Source of the DNA: Bdellovibrionota bacterium
Lineage (GTDB): Bacteria > Bdellovibrionota_C > UBA2361 > OMII01
DNA length: 10,329 nucleotides
Direction of reading: 5' to 3'
Assembly: GCA_044356215.1 (NCBI GenBank)
Contig: JBIKWQ010000098.1
Location: 1 to 10,329, forward strand
Shown here: one piece after another, positions 8,094 through 10,329 of the stretch
Layout: the number at the start of each line of letters is the position of its first letter
Position numbering within the stretch: position 1 is the first letter of the stretch
Made by a program: the position numbers and the translations under genes
The notes under the pieces: generated by a model
Told to the model about the DNA's origin: nothing
What the model saw: only the letters and a program-made list of their open reading frames with translations
Database searches by the model: none

Positions 8094-9899
8094 ATGCGAT
8101 TAATTGCGGCGATCCTTCTCCTTTTTCTCCAATTCTTGGCTACTGAAGCCACCTACGCTGCCCCCCCAAAAGATACGTCCATACCAACCAGCAACTCCAC
8201 TAAAACAGATAAGTACATTCGCAACATCACCATAAAGATAGGTGAGATCTTTGAGGATGGCTCAGGCACTCTCTACAACCTGGCTAACAGCACAAAGGTA
8301 TCGACTAAGGAGAGCGTCATTCGAACCGAACTACTCTTTAAGGAGGGAGATCGATTTGACCCTTATCTCCTCAGGCAGACAGCGCGAAATCTACGATTAC
8401 AGCGATACCTAAGAGATATCAAAGTCGTACCCACATTTGATGGTGATGCGGTGGACGTTCTCGTTTCCGCGCGCGATAGCTGGACCCTTATTCCTTACTT
8501 AAGCTATTCATCCGGGACCGGTCAAACTAATCGTGGCATCGGAGTGACTGAAGGAAACTTCCTTGGTGGCGCTACCAGGATTGACACACGCTATCAGGAG
8601 CAGGACTCACGAAAAACTTACGCAGTTGGAGTTACTGACCCACAATTTCTCGGGACCAGACAGAATTTCAACGCCGGATTCGCCGACCGCTCTGATGGAC
8701 AGGTGTATCAGGCGGGTATAGGACTGCCATTCCGACACCTTTTGCAACGCGACGCATGGTCTTTTGAGTTCTCGCGCCAAAACACGATCGGTAGGCTGTA
8801 CCAAGGCGGAGATGAAGAATATATCTTCAGGCAGGATCTAGATAATTTTCAGGCTCTATACACATTCGCCGGTCCCGGGGCAAAACCAGCTCCAGCCGAC
8901 GATCCATACACTGGAATCTACAAGGGCCAGCGGGTGCTGTCGCAACACTACTCTGTTGGATGGGGCTATCAATCCGCGGCCTTCTTACAAGCCGACTCAA
9001 GCGATTACTCTGACCTAAACCTAGATCCGAACGAGGTTAGCAACGACCCAGCGCGGTTGGCCGCAAATAGGCGTTTCAGTGGTCCGATGGTTCAATACAA
9101 CAATATCCAACCTGAGTTTATCTCGATGAACTATATCGATCGTTTTGATCGCGTTGAGGACTACAATCTCGGCGATCAATCACTCGCAAATCTTCAGTTC
9201 TCTCCCAGGCAGCTTGGATCCAGAGAGAATAGTTTTCTGTTTAATGTTAATAGGAGTCGTGGTTGGCGTTTTAATGAGCGGAGTTTTTTACGCGGTGAAT
9301 TAGGTGGTTCATCTCGCCTAGACACTGACCAGCTTAATAACACCCTGATTAGAGCTGAAGCAAAGTATTACTCAGTAATCGGAGATTACTTTATCGGCGA
9401 CACATTTCTTGGTCGTCACACATTCGCCTCTCAATTTTTCGCGGATTTTGGGGATGACCTAGACGGCGATAGGCAGCTTCTTCTCGGCGCTGACAACTCT
9501 TTGCGCGGTTATGAGATTAACACCTTTGAGGGCGATAAAAGGATGGCTCTCAACGTAGAAGAGCGCGTACACATCGCCGATGATGTTTTCCAACTAGTAA
9601 GCTTAGGAGCCGCCTTTTTTTTTGATGTAGGAGGTGCCACTCGCGATTCTTTATACTCCATTGTTACAGATGATCTATACGGTGATGCAGGATTTGGACT
9701 TCGTTTCTGTTTCCCACGTGCTTCCGGTGGAGGAATCGTTCGAATGGATGTGGCATTTCCGATGCGCGATGGTCCCGATGGAAGCAATGCATGGGAACCC
9801 CGTATTGTTTTCGCCGCTGGCCAGCTCTTTGGAGCTAGGCTAAGAAGTGAGGTTATAGGAGCTGAAAACGCTTCCAGCGGTATTGGGTTCGATCGGTAG
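8094..9899 (+). CDS. Second Omp85-superfamily (BamA/TamA-like) outer membrane protein with about one POTRA domain
   Basis: The ORF opens at GTG 8070. ATG 8094 gives a clean signal peptide (MRLIAAILLLFLQFLATEATYA|APP). It has a POTRA-like TKESVIRTELLFKEGD..RNLR..YL segment, GVTEGNFLG at the barrel start, loop-6 LGADNSLRGY, FFDVG, and C-terminal strands GFGLRF..VRMDVAFP. Confidence 0.82.
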   Translation: MRLIAAILLLFLQFLATEATYAAPPKDTSIPTSNSTKTDKYIRNITIKIGEIFEDGSGTLYNLANSTKVSTKESVIRTELLFKEGDRFDPYLLRQTARNLRLQRYLRDIKVVPTFDGDAVDVLVSARDSWTLIPYLSYSSGTGQTNRGIGVTEGNFLGGATRIDTRYQEQDSRKTYAVGVTDPQFLGTRQNFNAGFADRSDGQVYQAGIGLPFRHLLQRDAWSFEFSRQNTIGRLYQGGDEEYIFRQDLDNFQALYTFAGPGAKPAPADDPYTGIYKGQRVLSQHYSVGWGYQSAAFLQADSSDYSDLNLDPNEVSNDPARLAANRRFSGPMVQYNNIQPEFISMNYIDRFDRVEDYNLGDQSLANLQFSPRQLGSRENSFLFNVNRSRGWRFNERSFLRGELGGSSRLDTDQLNNTLIRAEAKYYSVIGDYFIGDTFLGRHTFASQFFADFGDDLDGDRQLLLGADNSLRGYEINTFEGDKRMALNVEERVHIADDVFQLVSLGAAFFFDVGGATRDSLYSIVTDDLYGDAGFGLRFCFPRASGGGIVRMDVAFPMRDGPDGSNAWEPRIVFAAGQLFGARLRSEVIGAENASSGIGFDR

Positions 9900-9987
9900 T
9901 GGTCTGAGGCGGCGTGATATTTAGCAAACGGCGTCTGACGTGATACGCATGTCGCATGCCGAACTAAAAGCTAGTCGCAGCTAACTC

Positions 9988-10061
9988 GGACCGCGCGCCT
10001 CTGGCGCGCTATGCTACGCCCTTTGATAATTGCTGCATGCGGCGCGGGAGCGCCGCGGTCG
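9988..10061. repeat. Inverted pair of GC-rich palindromes (REP-doublet-like, or DGR hairpins)
   Basis: GCGCGCC-TCT-GGCGCGC (9993-10009) and GCGGCGC-GGGA-GCGCCGC (10039-10056) are both perfect 7-bp stems. The flanks GACCGCG (9989-9995) and CGCGGTC (10054-10060) are reverse complements. Confidence 0.7.
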
Positions 10062-10063
10062 GG

Positions 10064-10329
10064 CTACGGCGCCGTCCTCACCCCTCGCCCTCCATAATCA
10101 GACCCACGACTCGTATCAGCCGTCCCAGCGGTGGATCTATCAGACACCCGACAATACGAAGAAGCCACATTCCAACTGCCCCCACGGAATCCAGATCCAG
10201 ATGCACTAGTTGGTGACGGCCAATTACTCTCGTTAGCCCTCCCATTTGAATCAAGCGCCCCGTCTCCATGAACTCCCGTATAATTCCTGCCATCACTGTT
10301 AGCTACAGTAACAACCCGTTCATAAACAT
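10064..10329 (-). CDS. C-terminal fragment of an FGE-sulfatase/SUMF1-domain (CLec-fold) protein, partial, continuing beyond the window
   Basis: Hand translation of the minus strand from 10327: VYERVVTVANSDGRNYTGVHGDGALDSNGRANESNWPSPTSASGSGFRGGSWNVASSYCRVSDRSTAGTADTSRGSDYGGRGVRTAP* (TAG at 10066-10064). It matches the FGE-domain pattern (GN)V(W)E...RGGSW...R.S.R...G.R.VR. It is absent from the supplied ORF track because its start lies outside the window. Confidence 0.85.
   Translation of the reverse strand, partial: VYERVVTVANSDGRNYTGVHGDGALDSNGRANESNWPSPTSASGSGFRGGSWNVASSYCRVSDRSTAGTADTSRGSDYGGRGVRTAP

Noticed and set aside
293..9843. Small nested or antisense ORFs in the track (e.g. 293-484, 459-650, 1143-1334, 4563-4802, 5207-5725, 6013-6333, 7619-7885, 7766-7969, 8607-8804, 9509-9787, 9634-9843)
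   Set aside because: They overlap well-supported genes and show no recognisable motifs, as expected for shadow ORFs.
2389..9899. Split type Vd (PlpD-like patatin + POTRA + Omp85) secretion system
   Set aside because: The patatin has no Sec signal, and its MRRR start lacks a Tat consensus and hydrophobic core. It is 4.5 kb from the single-POTRA Omp85 and not co-transcribed with it.
9902..9959. Short direct repeat GTCTGA..CGTGATA (x2) and 5-bp palindrome GCATG-TCG-CATGC
   Set aside because: Too short to distinguish from chance, and no supporting context.
10078..10296. 72-aa minus-strand ORF from the track (MMAGIIREF...)
   Set aside because: Shadow frame. The overlapping frame ending at 10064 carries clear FGE-domain motifs (RGGSW, GGRGVR).

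Overview
Bacterial chromosomal window from a diderm (Gram-negative) organism, dominated by envelope biogenesis genes. Left to right: the 3' end of a probable lptF coupled to lptG (+), a stand-alone cmk (-), a patatin-like phospholipase (+), a lolC/E-lolD-bamA operon (-), and a divergent second Omp85-family gene (+). At the right edge, in a frame the ORF track missed, is the C-terminal 87 aa of a minus-strand FGE-sulfatase/SUMF1 (C-type lectin fold) protein ending RGGSW...RVSDR...GGRGVRTAP*. Two perfect 7-bp GC hairpins follow it. This is the layout of a diversity-generating retroelement (DGR) target gene, but I found no template repeat or reverse transcriptase in the window. The hairpins also read as an inverted REP-like doublet, so the DGR call is a hypothesis. 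A second, roughly 125-nt imperfect palindrome lies between the convergent lptG and cmk genes. No rRNA, tRNA, CRISPR array or transposase was seen.
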